Of a stretch of 64,000 bases of DNA, positions 56,420 through 64,000 are shown one piece after another (position 1 is the first letter of the stretch; each line of letters opens with the position of its first letter). A program made the translations under genes and the position numbers. The notes under the pieces were generated by a model. The model worked only from the letters and a program-made list of their open reading frames with translations. It had not been told where the DNA came from and did not search any database. Where the stretch lies: contig JANRKO010000047.1 in NCBI GenBank assembly GCA_033763455.1, forward strand, positions 1-64,000, given 5' to 3'. The DNA comes from Polyangiaceae bacterium. Lineage in GTDB: Bacteria; Myxococcota_A; Polyangia; Polyangiales; Polyangiaceae.

Positions 56420-56929
56420 ATGCGGCTTGCAAGCTCCCGGGTGCCCGAAATCGTCCACGAAATGGTCGCCGCTCTTGTGGCCGGAGGGGACATCGAAACC
56501 GAGAGTCCCAAAGAGGTGGAACGCGACCTGGAGTCCGTCCTCAACCAATACATTGAGGACGAGCGGGAAATTACCGACCGCGCACGCGACATGATCGCAG
56601 CAAAAGGCCTCCCGCAGAGCGATATCGGCAAGATGCGACGCTCGCTCGCAGATCAACGTAAGCTCAAGCTCGACGACGAAGCGATCGACTACCTGCTCGA
56701 TCAGTTACTCGAAATGCTCATGCATTCGAATAACGTCGAAGAAATCTTCGCGGAAGACTTTCAGTTGCGAAAAAAAATGCGCGAGCCGCTCCGTAGGCAG
56801 GCCGACCTCGATGGGGAGCTTCAAGAAGCCGTGAGGAACCAGCTGAAGCACGTCAAAGAAGGCACCAGCACTTGGGAAATCGAGTACCGCCGAGTGATGG
56901 AGGATATCAAGCGTCGTAAGGGCCTTTAG
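56420..56929 (+). CDS. DUF507 family protein
   Basis: MRL...V..I...V..L...G.IE..., ends K...GL. Confidence 0.7.
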   Translation: MRLASSRVPEIVHEMVAALVAGGDIETESPKEVERDLESVLNQYIEDEREITDRARDMIAAKGLPQSDIGKMRRSLADQRKLKLDDEAIDYLLDQLLEMLMHSNNVEEIFAEDFQLRKKMREPLRRQADLDGELQEAVRNQLKHVKEGTSTWEIEYRRVMEDIKRRKGL

Positions 56930-56934
56930 GCGCA

Positions 56935-57807
56935 GTGCTCAGCATGACGGGTTTTGGGGTGGGTGTATCACCCTACGGAAGCGGCCGAATCCTGGCCGAA
57001 ATTCGTGCACTCAATCATCGCTTCACGGATGTGCGCGTGCGTACGCCCGATACTCTCAGCGGGGAAACGTTGTTCGTTGAACAGCTAGTGCGAACTCACC
57101 TGTCTCGCGGGCGCTTAGACGTGGGCATTCGCTTCGAAGGAGTGGAGCCCGCCTCGGTGGAGTTGGATCCAGGTCGAGTGCGGCGGCTGTATCAGCTGCT
57201 TTCCGCGCTCAAAGAAGAGTTAGCTCCCGAATCAGCGCTCACACTGGATGCGGTGCTAAGAGCGCCAGAATTAGTCACCGTGCACACCGGTCAAGACATT
57301 GACCAAATCCGCGCGGTGTTAACTAGCGCCGTAGAAGCGGCAATCTCGAACCTAAACGAAATGCGGACTCGCGAAGGGCAAACGTTGGCCGCTGAGCTCG
57401 CGGCTCGCCTGGAAAACGCTCGAAAGCTGCTGGGCGAGGTACGGAGCCGAACGGCCGAGGGTAAAAGCGCCTACCGGGAGCGGGTGCAGGCCCGCCTCCA
57501 GCACTTATTGCGGGAAGTGAAGGCCCCCATCGACGAAGGGCGGCTAGAGGTAGAGCTTGCGCTCTTGGCTGAGCGCTCCGACATCACCGAAGAAATGGTG
57601 CGGCTCGAAAGCCATTTTGAGCAATTTGGACGCGTGCTCAAGGAGCCCGGTGCGGTGGGGCGAAAGTTGGAATTTTTGCTCCAAGAAATGGCCCGGGAAG
57701 CCAATACCATCGGAGCCAAAAGCCAGAGTGCAAGTGTGAATCACCTAGCGCTTGAGATCAAAGTCGAGCTCGAGCGCATGCGGGAACAGGTACAAAATGT
57801 CGAATAA
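56935..57807 (+). CDS. yicC: YicC/YloC-family endoribonuclease
   Basis: SMTGFG, NHRF, DITEE..RL.SH, GRKLEFLLQEM.RE.NTIGAK, REQVQNVE. Confidence 0.93.
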   Translation: MLSMTGFGVGVSPYGSGRILAEIRALNHRFTDVRVRTPDTLSGETLFVEQLVRTHLSRGRLDVGIRFEGVEPASVELDPGRVRRLYQLLSALKEELAPESALTLDAVLRAPELVTVHTGQDIDQIRAVLTSAVEAAISNLNEMRTREGQTLAAELAARLENARKLLGEVRSRTAEGKSAYRERVQARLQHLLREVKAPIDEGRLEVELALLAERSDITEEMVRLESHFEQFGRVLKEPGAVGRKLEFLLQEMAREANTIGAKSQSASVNHLALEIKVELERMREQVQNVE

Positions 57808-58426
57808 CGGTCCGCTCTTGTTGATCGTCTCTTCCCCTTCCGGGGCAGGCAAAACAACGCTGACGGCGAGGTTGCTGAAAAGCATCGAAAACGTCCGCTT
57901 CAGCATTTCGCATACCACCCGGAAGCCTCGCGGCAACGAAGAAAATGGGCGCGAATACCACTTCGTAACGCGCCCTGAATTCGAACACCTCATAGCCCAA
58001 GAAGAATTCGTCGAATGGGCCGAGGTGCATGGCAACCTCTACGGAACCAGCAAGCGTGAACTAGAAAGCGCTTCGAGCGCTCGGGGGATCCTGTTTGATA
58101 TCGACCACCAAGGCGCGCGCCAGATCAAGAGTTCTCGCCCAGATGCAGTAGGTGTCTTCATCTTGCCCCCCAGCATGGATGTGCTTTTGAAGCGTCTGCG
58201 GGGGCGTGCAAGCGAGGACGAAGAGACGGTGCAGCGACGCTTCAATGTCGCACGCACCGAAATTGCTCATTATGGCCTCTTTGATTACGTGCTCGTAAAC
58301 GACGACCTCGATGAGGCCACCGACAAATTGCTCGGCATTTTTCGAGCCGAAGAGTGCAAAAGGGCCCGGGCAGCCAGATTCGCCGAACAGCTCCTGGCGA
58401 TGGGTCGCGAATTTGGCGGCGCATAA
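57797..58426 (+). CDS. gmk: Guanylate kinase
   Basis: SPSGAGKTT, SHTTRKPR..E.NG.EYHF, EWAEVHGNLYGT. Confidence 0.95.
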   Translation: MSNNGPLLLIVSSPSGAGKTTLTARLLKSIENVRFSISHTTRKPRGNEENGREYHFVTRPEFEHLIAQEEFVEWAEVHGNLYGTSKRELESASSARGILFDIDHQGARQIKSSRPDAVGVFILPPSMDVLLKRLRGRASEDEETVQRRFNVARTEIAHYGLFDYVLVNDDLDEATDKLLGIFRAEECKRARAARFAEQLLAMGREFGGA

Positions 58427-58491
58427 AGCGTGGTGATGCCAAGATTCTTGCTTGAACCTCAAGCTCCCCTGCGACAGAGTTGGGCACCCCG

Positions 58492-59415
58492 ATGACTCCT
58501 TCCCATAGCAAATCTGTTCTCATCATTGGTTCGATGGCGTTCGACGACCTCGAACTCCCGTCCGGCTCCTTCACGGATGTAGTGGGAGGCTCCGCAACCT
58601 ATTGCGCGTACGCCGCCAGCCTGTTCGCCAAGGCGAGCGTAGTCGCTGTCGTTGGGGCAGATTTCCCGAAAGCTACGCTTGATTCGCTCGGGCGGCGCGG
58701 CGTGAACACCGAGGGCATCGAACAAGTTCCCGGAAAAACCTTTCGATGGAAGGGCCGCTACGCGAGCAACCTAGCAAGCCGCACGACGCTCGACACGCAG
58801 CTGAATGTCTTCGCTGATTTTCGCCCGAAGCTCCCGAACAATGTCCGCAAGTGCACGCACCTTTTGCTCGGCAATATCCACCCCGCGCTTCAACTCGAGG
58901 TTCTGGATCAGGTAGAGAATCCCGAATTCGTCGCGGCCGATACGATGAATTTCTGGATCGAAGGCGAACGCGCAACCCTAGAGCGCGTGCTCAAACGCAT
59001 TGGCTGCTTGGTCGTAAACGACGAAGAGATCCGCCAGCTCTCGGGTGAACACAACATCAAGAAGGCTGCTGCACGCGTCCAACAGATGGGCCCCAAGCGC
59101 GTCATCGTAAAACGCGGCGAATATGGCGCTCTGCTCTTCGACGAACACGGCGTCTTTTTTGCCCCCGCCTATCCCCTAGAGGCTGAGGTAGATCCAACGG
59201 GTGCGGGTGATACCTTCGCCGGCGCATTCATGGGCTTTCTTGCCAGCGAGGGCGAATACGACCGCTCCTCGCTACGCCGTGCACTGATGATGGCCGCCAC
59301 GGTTGCGTCGTTTTGCGTCGAAAGTGTTGGTACCGAGCGCCTCGCTTCGCTCGGCCGTGACGATGTAGCGGCGCGGCTAGATTCGCTCCGAAGCCTCGTA
59401 CACTTCGGAGCTTAG
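58492..59415 (+). CDS. PfkB-family carbohydrate/nucleoside kinase
   Basis: GGSATY and DPTGAGDTFAG. Confidence 0.9.
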   Translation: MTPSHSKSVLIIGSMAFDDLELPSGSFTDVVGGSATYCAYAASLFAKASVVAVVGADFPKATLDSLGRRGVNTEGIEQVPGKTFRWKGRYASNLASRTTLDTQLNVFADFRPKLPNNVRKCTHLLLGNIHPALQLEVLDQVENPEFVAADTMNFWIEGERATLERVLKRIGCLVVNDEEIRQLSGEHNIKKAAARVQQMGPKRVIVKRGEYGALLFDEHGVFFAPAYPLEAEVDPTGAGDTFAGAFMGFLASEGEYDRSSLRRALMMAATVASFCVESVGTERLASLGRDDVAARLDSLRSLVHFGA

Positions 59416-59428
59416 GCAGCTTTGGCGT

Positions 59429-59719
59429 TCAGGCGGCCCGACCAATGGTCGCGTCGCCGCGCACTAGCGTTTCCGCCGAGGACGGCAGCACAACCTCAGC
59501 CACCGAGGGACCGTAGAATCGAGAACGCACGGTTGCGACCAGCGCCAAAAGCTCACGCTGGGTAGCGACCTTGCTGTCCATGAGCAGGCGCATGTAGCCG
59601 TCGGCATAGCCCTGGGCGTGTGCCAAACGGGCGTGTGGACCACCGGCTTCTTTAAGTTCCAGGACGTCAGTGAGTAAGGTCTCGAGAACGCGCAACTGGT
59701 CAGTGTTATTTGAGCTCAT
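59429..59719 (-). CDS. Hypothetical protein
   Basis: GGAGG RBS, A.GYADGYMR.L motif. Confidence 0.6.
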   Translation of the reverse strand: MSSNNTDQLRVLETLLTDVLELKEAGGPHARLAHAQGYADGYMRLLMDSKVATQRELLALVATVRSRFYGPSVAEVVLPSSAETLVRGDATIGRAA

Positions 59720-60010
59720 AGTGGCCTCCGGCAATGGGTCGCCCAGACCCGCCCTTGGTAACGGGCGCCCGCGATTAGGGCCAAGTTCGCGCAAAAAACA
59801 GGTAGCAGTACCGCGCCGGAAGTAGGTGCGTGGGAAGACCCAAGTCAGATTCGCCCAGTTCATCATGGGCGGTCAGGTCGCGGGCCGTGTGCCGAGCAGG
59901 CCGCTACCGCATGGGCCAATTGACTCAGAGCCAAACCGGCCTAAGGTTAAGTCATCCACAGTCCTGCAGGCAGACCCCAAAAAGGCCGCCATGTTTGAGG
60001 GCCAAAAAGC

Positions 60011-60409
60011 ATGAAACTGAATCTTTTCAAGTCCAAGATCCACCGCGCGACCGTCACCCACGCAGATCTGGAGTACGAGGGCAGCGTGAGCATCGACGCC
60101 GATCTTCTGCGCGAAGCCAACATCGTACCGTACGAAGCGGTACATATCTGGAACGTCTCTCGCGGCACGCGCCTGATGACCTACGCCCTTCCTGGGCCGT
60201 CCGGCTCGGGCGTAATCTGCATCAATGGCGCTGCCGCCCACCTCAATCAGCCCGGCGATCTGGTGATTTTGGCCACCTTTGCAGAGATGACGGCTGAGGA
60301 AGCTCAAACTCACAAGCCGCGCGTGGTCCGCGTAGATGCGCACAATCGCATCACCGATACCTCGGATGAGGTCCCGGGCCCCGCAATGCCCATGGCTCTA
60401 GTTTCGTAA
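60011..60409 (+). CDS. panD: Aspartate 1-decarboxylase
   Basis: [30 protein letters not shown]. Confidence 0.95.
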   Translation: MKLNLFKSKIHRATVTHADLEYEGSVSIDADLLREANIVPYEAVHIWNVSRGTRLMTYALPGPSGSGVICINGAAAHLNQPGDLVILATFAEMTAEEAQTHKPRVVRVDAHNRITDTSDEVPGPAMPMALVS

Positions 60410-60449
60410 GTGCCCCTTTTGGGCCTGGGAAAGGTAAGGTTGGCCGCCG

Positions 60450-61481
60450 ATGACGGACCCAGCACCCGAGCTTACCCCAAGAGCGCTGCGCGCATCCATT
60501 GAGCTAGACTGCGTGTGCAGCGCATGGGCCCAGGAAATCTTGGGCCTAAGAGAGCACGACCCTGAGCAGAACTTTGCGACACCCTGGGGTGACCTCAACG
60601 AGCTCTTGAATTCGGAACATCGAACAACCGCTCAACGCCGCTTGCTAGCGCTGGCCCTCGCGGTTGGCGCCCAGTCGCTCCTTGAGGATAAAGAGTTAAC
60701 GTCAAAGATGATCATGGCGCGCTTCGTCGAGCTCGCGCACGCTGGAAAGATCAACGCTCTCGGGGTGGTCGACGAAGTGTTTGGCGCCGAGGCTGCGTCC
60801 CTCTGGCGCGCAATCCCGTTGCCTCCATCCAAGCCACTCAGGACAATTCTGGTGGACGGCCAGCTGTTGGATCCGCCACGGCCCGCATGGCTCACCGGGC
60901 TACTTGGGCTATCGGCAATCCTTCTGATTAGAAGGATCGGTTCAACCCTTGGCCGCTGGTTGCTCGGCTACCGTACGCCTGCGCGCTTGCGCGTCGTGGA
61001 AATGGGGCTTGAGCTCCGCTACCGTCGGCAATTTCTGGGGCGGACGCTGGCAGAGGTAACGTTCTTGGTGCCCATGGACGAACTTTCACGCCTCACACGC
61101 GAAGTTCGCTATCGGGGCGCGTTGCTGTACGCGGGGCTTTCGGCACTTGTGCTCGGGAGTTACCTGGGAGCTGGCATGGTGTTGGATGGGCTACGCGTTC
61201 CCAATGGTTCCCTGCCCCTCATCACCACGGGAGTGCTGGCGGTTTTGGCGGGCCTCGCCTTGGACTTCGTTAGCACCACCGCCTTCGACAGCTTCCGTGG
61301 GCGCAACCGCCTGTGCATTCAGTCGCGCTCTGGTTTTGCGTTTTCCTTGGGCGACGTTTCGCCAAAAGAAGCGGAGAGTTTGCTTGGCTACTTCCAGCTG
61401 GATGCTACTGCTGGCGTGGAGGCGCAGCCCAGCGCGCAACCTGGCTCCCAGGGCGAGAAACCTGAGACGGCACCAGGTTAA
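60450..61481 (+). CDS. Hypothetical membrane protein
   Basis: 343 aa with three TM segments. Confidence 0.65.
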   Translation: MTDPAPELTPRALRASIELDCVCSAWAQEILGLREHDPEQNFATPWGDLNELLNSEHRTTAQRRLLALALAVGAQSLLEDKELTSKMIMARFVELAHAGKINALGVVDEVFGAEAASLWRAIPLPPSKPLRTILVDGQLLDPPRPAWLTGLLGLSAILLIRRIGSTLGRWLLGYRTPARLRVVEMGLELRYRRQFLGRTLAEVTFLVPMDELSRLTREVRYRGALLYAGLSALVLGSYLGAGMVLDGLRVPNGSLPLITTGVLAVLAGLALDFVSTTAFDSFRGRNRLCIQSRSGFAFSLGDVSPKEAESLLGYFQLDATAGVEAQPSAQPGSQGEKPETAPG

Positions 61482-63040
61482 GGCGCCGAGGGTCGAGATG
61501 GAGCTCCGGTGGCGGGCGGCCCTTTCTTCGGAGCCACCTTCGGAGACGTGGGTGGTGGAGGTACCGGCGGGCGACGCGTGGAGCTCCGACCTTCGATTTG
61601 CGCCAGCCACGCGTCCACTAGATCAAGCCCCGCGCTTACCTGGGCGTCTGTAGCCAGAATCGTTCCAACAATCTTCTTTCCCTTAGCCTCAAAATGCGAA
61701 CTTTCGAGGAAGCGGTGTTGGCGTTGGCCCAGAAAAGCTCCGAACACTCCCAAATCAACGCTCGCGATCGACGCCACGGAGCGATCCATCAATGCCGCCG
61801 TGTCGACCGCGGAGGCTTCGGATCCTTCCTCCGCCTCGAGCTTAAGCATCACCCGGCCTCGTGGGAGCGTTTCCAACGTAACATTCACCCACTGTATGCT
61901 GTGTGGAATTCGGAACGGCATACCTTCGAAGGCGCGCCACGGAAGGACCAGCCGCGCCACCATCACCCGGTTAGGACCAGCCGCCCGCAAGCTAACATTC
62001 TTCTTCTTGGAAAGTGCGTCCGAAAGCGCACTCTGTGGGGCAACGATGACCAAATGGTCGTTCGGCAAGACGAAGTAGCGAGCAGCTCGATCAGCTCGGG
62101 CCCTGGCTACCGGGACTTCTGCTGGCAACCAGGCTCCCTCCGGATCACGTTTTACTAGTTGGTCGAGGGCTGCCCGAAGCGTGGCCTTCGGAATGTGATG
62201 ATGGAGCACTACCACGATATTTGAAGAATCGCGGAATTGTGGACCAGCAATCAAGATGCGGTCGATATCACGGATCGGATCTAGCCCGGTGGGACCGAAA
62301 AAATCTCGCCATTGATACAGCGAGGAAAGGATGCGCCCGATACGCGGCCCCAAGCTGTGGCTGCGAATGGTCTCGGTGTAGATGATCGCACTCACGTTAG
62401 CGTTGCTGTCGGCAACCGCTCCCGCGCTGCCGCTCAACGCCACCGGATCCCCACCGGCATCACCCGCATCGAGGAGCGCCGAGCCCGCTTCCGCATCCCC
62501 CGCGTCGGCGCCCGTAGCAGCGTCGGAAGCGGCTACCGCATCGCTTGCGTCACTGCCGGTCGCATCGGGCCCGGCGTCGGCCTGCGCTGCGTCCGCAATT
62601 TCCTCCCCTGCATCGGGCCCCGCATCCGCCTCGGCGTCACCCGAGTCGACCTCAGCATCGGTGCCCGCATCGACGTCCGCATCCACCGCGGCGTCGCTTT
62701 GTGCGTCTTCGGCACTCGCATCCTTCGGCTTCGGAGCGCCCGCGTCCTGCACGCGGAAGTCTTCCTCCGAGGGGGCTTCGGGCGCGGCGGTTGGCTCGGC
62801 TTCCGGAGGCGCCGATGCCGCACGCTCCGCACCCGGATCTGTGTCCAATAGCTCGACGGGGATGCCACGGATCTCGCCTAAATCAGGCACTGGCTCGGGC
62901 TGCTTTAGCAACGAGAACCAGCCGAGAAGGCCGAGGAGCGGAGTGAAAGGCAAGTGGAGGAGCAGCGAGAGCCAGACAAACTTCCCGAGCCCCCTGACGC
63001 GCGTGTGCTTGGGGCCACTCGGGCGCGTCAGGGTTTCCAC
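61478..63040 (-). CDS. Membrane-anchored protein with Asp/Ala-rich (DAG) low-complexity linker
   Basis: N-terminal TM with SLLLH, DAG repeats, globular C-terminal region. Confidence 0.7.
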   Translation of the reverse strand: METLTRPSGPKHTRVRGLGKFVWLSLLLHLPFTPLLGLLGWFSLLKQPEPVPDLGEIRGIPVELLDTDPGAERAASAPPEAEPTAAPEAPSEEDFRVQDAGAPKPKDASAEDAQSDAAVDADVDAGTDAEVDSGDAEADAGPDAGEEIADAAQADAGPDATGSDASDAVAASDAATGADAGDAEAGSALLDAGDAGGDPVALSGSAGAVADSNANVSAIIYTETIRSHSLGPRIGRILSSLYQWRDFFGPTGLDPIRDIDRILIAGPQFRDSSNIVVVLHHHIPKATLRAALDQLVKRDPEGAWLPAEVPVARARADRAARYFVLPNDHLVIVAPQSALSDALSKKKNVSLRAAGPNRVMVARLVLPWRAFEGMPFRIPHSIQWVNVTLETLPRGRVMLKLEAEEGSEASAVDTAALMDRSVASIASVDLGVFGAFLGQRQHRFLESSHFEAKGKKIVGTILATDAQVSAGLDLVDAWLAQIEGRSSTRRPPVPPPPTSPKVAPKKGPPATGAPSRPSAP

Positions 63041-63233
63041 GGGTGCACGATACCTCCGGGCGCCTTCTGCGCGAAGAACCGAGTGACAACTTCTGGCACG
63101 TTCCTAGCAGAACGTAGTGCGTTCGGGCACGCTTCAAGTAAGAGTCGAATGCCAAGCCCCAAAGTGTCATCTCGCCCCAAGCAGTGGATCCCTGGCCCCT
63201 GTCAGTAGTAAGCCAGACCAAAGCCGCCCCCAA

Positions 63234-64000
63234 ATGTCCGCCCATCACCTCAAATTCTTCGTCGCGTTTGCGCTGCTCTCCTCGGCTTGCGAGGAGCCGC
63301 CTCGCCCCACGCCGCAGCCTACCCAGGCCCCGCAAGCCCAGCCCACTCACGCTGTAGCTACGCCCGGGCCCAACGCCCCGGCCGAAGCACCCCCTAGCGC
63401 GGCTAGAGGTGGGGCGGCTTCGACCGAACCTGGCCCTCAACGTCCGGATGCCCACGTCAAGCTCGACTATCCTGGTCCGTGGTTCATCGTGACGGCGCGC
63501 GAAACCGGCGTTTACGCCGACACGAAAGCGGACCGAAACACCAAGCTTGCCTGGGCACGCAATGGGGGGCGTCTCGCCGTACTCCCGGATGTCACCAAGA
63601 GCGAAACTTGTTCGGCGGGTTGGTACCAACTCACCACCGGCGGTTACGTGTGCGGCAAAGATGGAGCCATCGAAGTAGAAGGCAAGAAAACCCGCTCAAC
63701 ACTCAAACAGCCCGCGCTCGAAGACATCCTGCCCTACAAGTACGCGCGCAACTCCAAACACGGCACCCCACTTTACCGCTCCATCCCCTCGCCTGAGCAG
63801 ATGCTGGAGTACGAGCCCTACTTGGCGGAAAAAAAGGCGAATAAAACCGCTGCAGGCAAAGAAAAAACTCCCGATGCCGACGCCGGTACCGAACAGATCG
63901 CGAGTGACGCCGGAAAACTAGCTCCAACAGCCAGTAGTGCCACGCCACGCACCCCTGTACCTGATGCCGGTGCTCCGGAGCCCGAGCTCGAGCTGAGCGA
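63234..64000 (+). CDS. Partial secreted lipoprotein, probably N-terminal part of an L,D-transpeptidase-family protein
   Basis: MSAHHLKFFVAFALLSSAC, C..GWY....GGYVC...LPYKY motifs. The frame is open to the window end and the catalytic domain is not seen. Confidence 0.55.
   Translation, partial: MSAHHLKFFVAFALLSSACEEPPRPTPQPTQAPQAQPTHAVATPGPNAPAEAPPSAARGGAASTEPGPQRPDAHVKLDYPGPWFIVTARETGVYADTKADRNTKLAWARNGGRLAVLPDVTKSETCSAGWYQLTTGGYVCGKDGAIEVEGKKTRSTLKQPALEDILPYKYARNSKHGTPLYRSIPSPEQMLEYEPYLAEKKANKTAAGKEKTPDADAGTEQIASDAGKLAPTASSATPRTPVPDAGAPEPELELS

Noticed and set aside
62312..63086. Ala/Ser-rich plus-strand ORFs
   Set aside because: Antisense shadows of the DAG-repeat gene 61478..63040.

Overview
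GC-rich bacterial chromosome segment. Gene content (Ser/Thr kinase, Cys-rich lipoproteins, DUF4388, TIGR04552-like, FGE-type lipoprotein) suggests Myxococcota, probably Polyangiales; this is an inference. Three zones. (1) 1-3.4 kb is an accessory patch with an attC-like site leading into a HEPN-like gene, an orphan MqsA-like antitoxin whose toxin has been deleted, and a BrnT toxin with an XRE antitoxin. (2) 20.1-38.0 kb is a 17.8-kb element integrated in tRNA-Gly(CCC) and bounded by a perfect 49-bp direct repeat. All its genes are on the minus strand: tyrosine integrase, excisionase-like HTH, PC4-like SSB, Prim-Pol, RecA-like helicase, TerS-like, TerL, a tape-measure-like protein and a DUF4258/MqsA-like TA pair. 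No recognisable capsid, portal or divergent repressor is present. The att core lies inside the integrase gene, so excision would give Int a new in-frame 68-aa C-terminus whose stop overlaps the start of the gene run leading to the replication genes. (3) The remainder is mostly housekeeping or typical myxobacterial genes (lat, helD-like, galK, glnA-like, tRNA-Lys, dnaE, yicC, gmk, panD), with several intergenic repeats and candidate structured RNAs. Protein family calls come from motif recognition by eye, not database searches.
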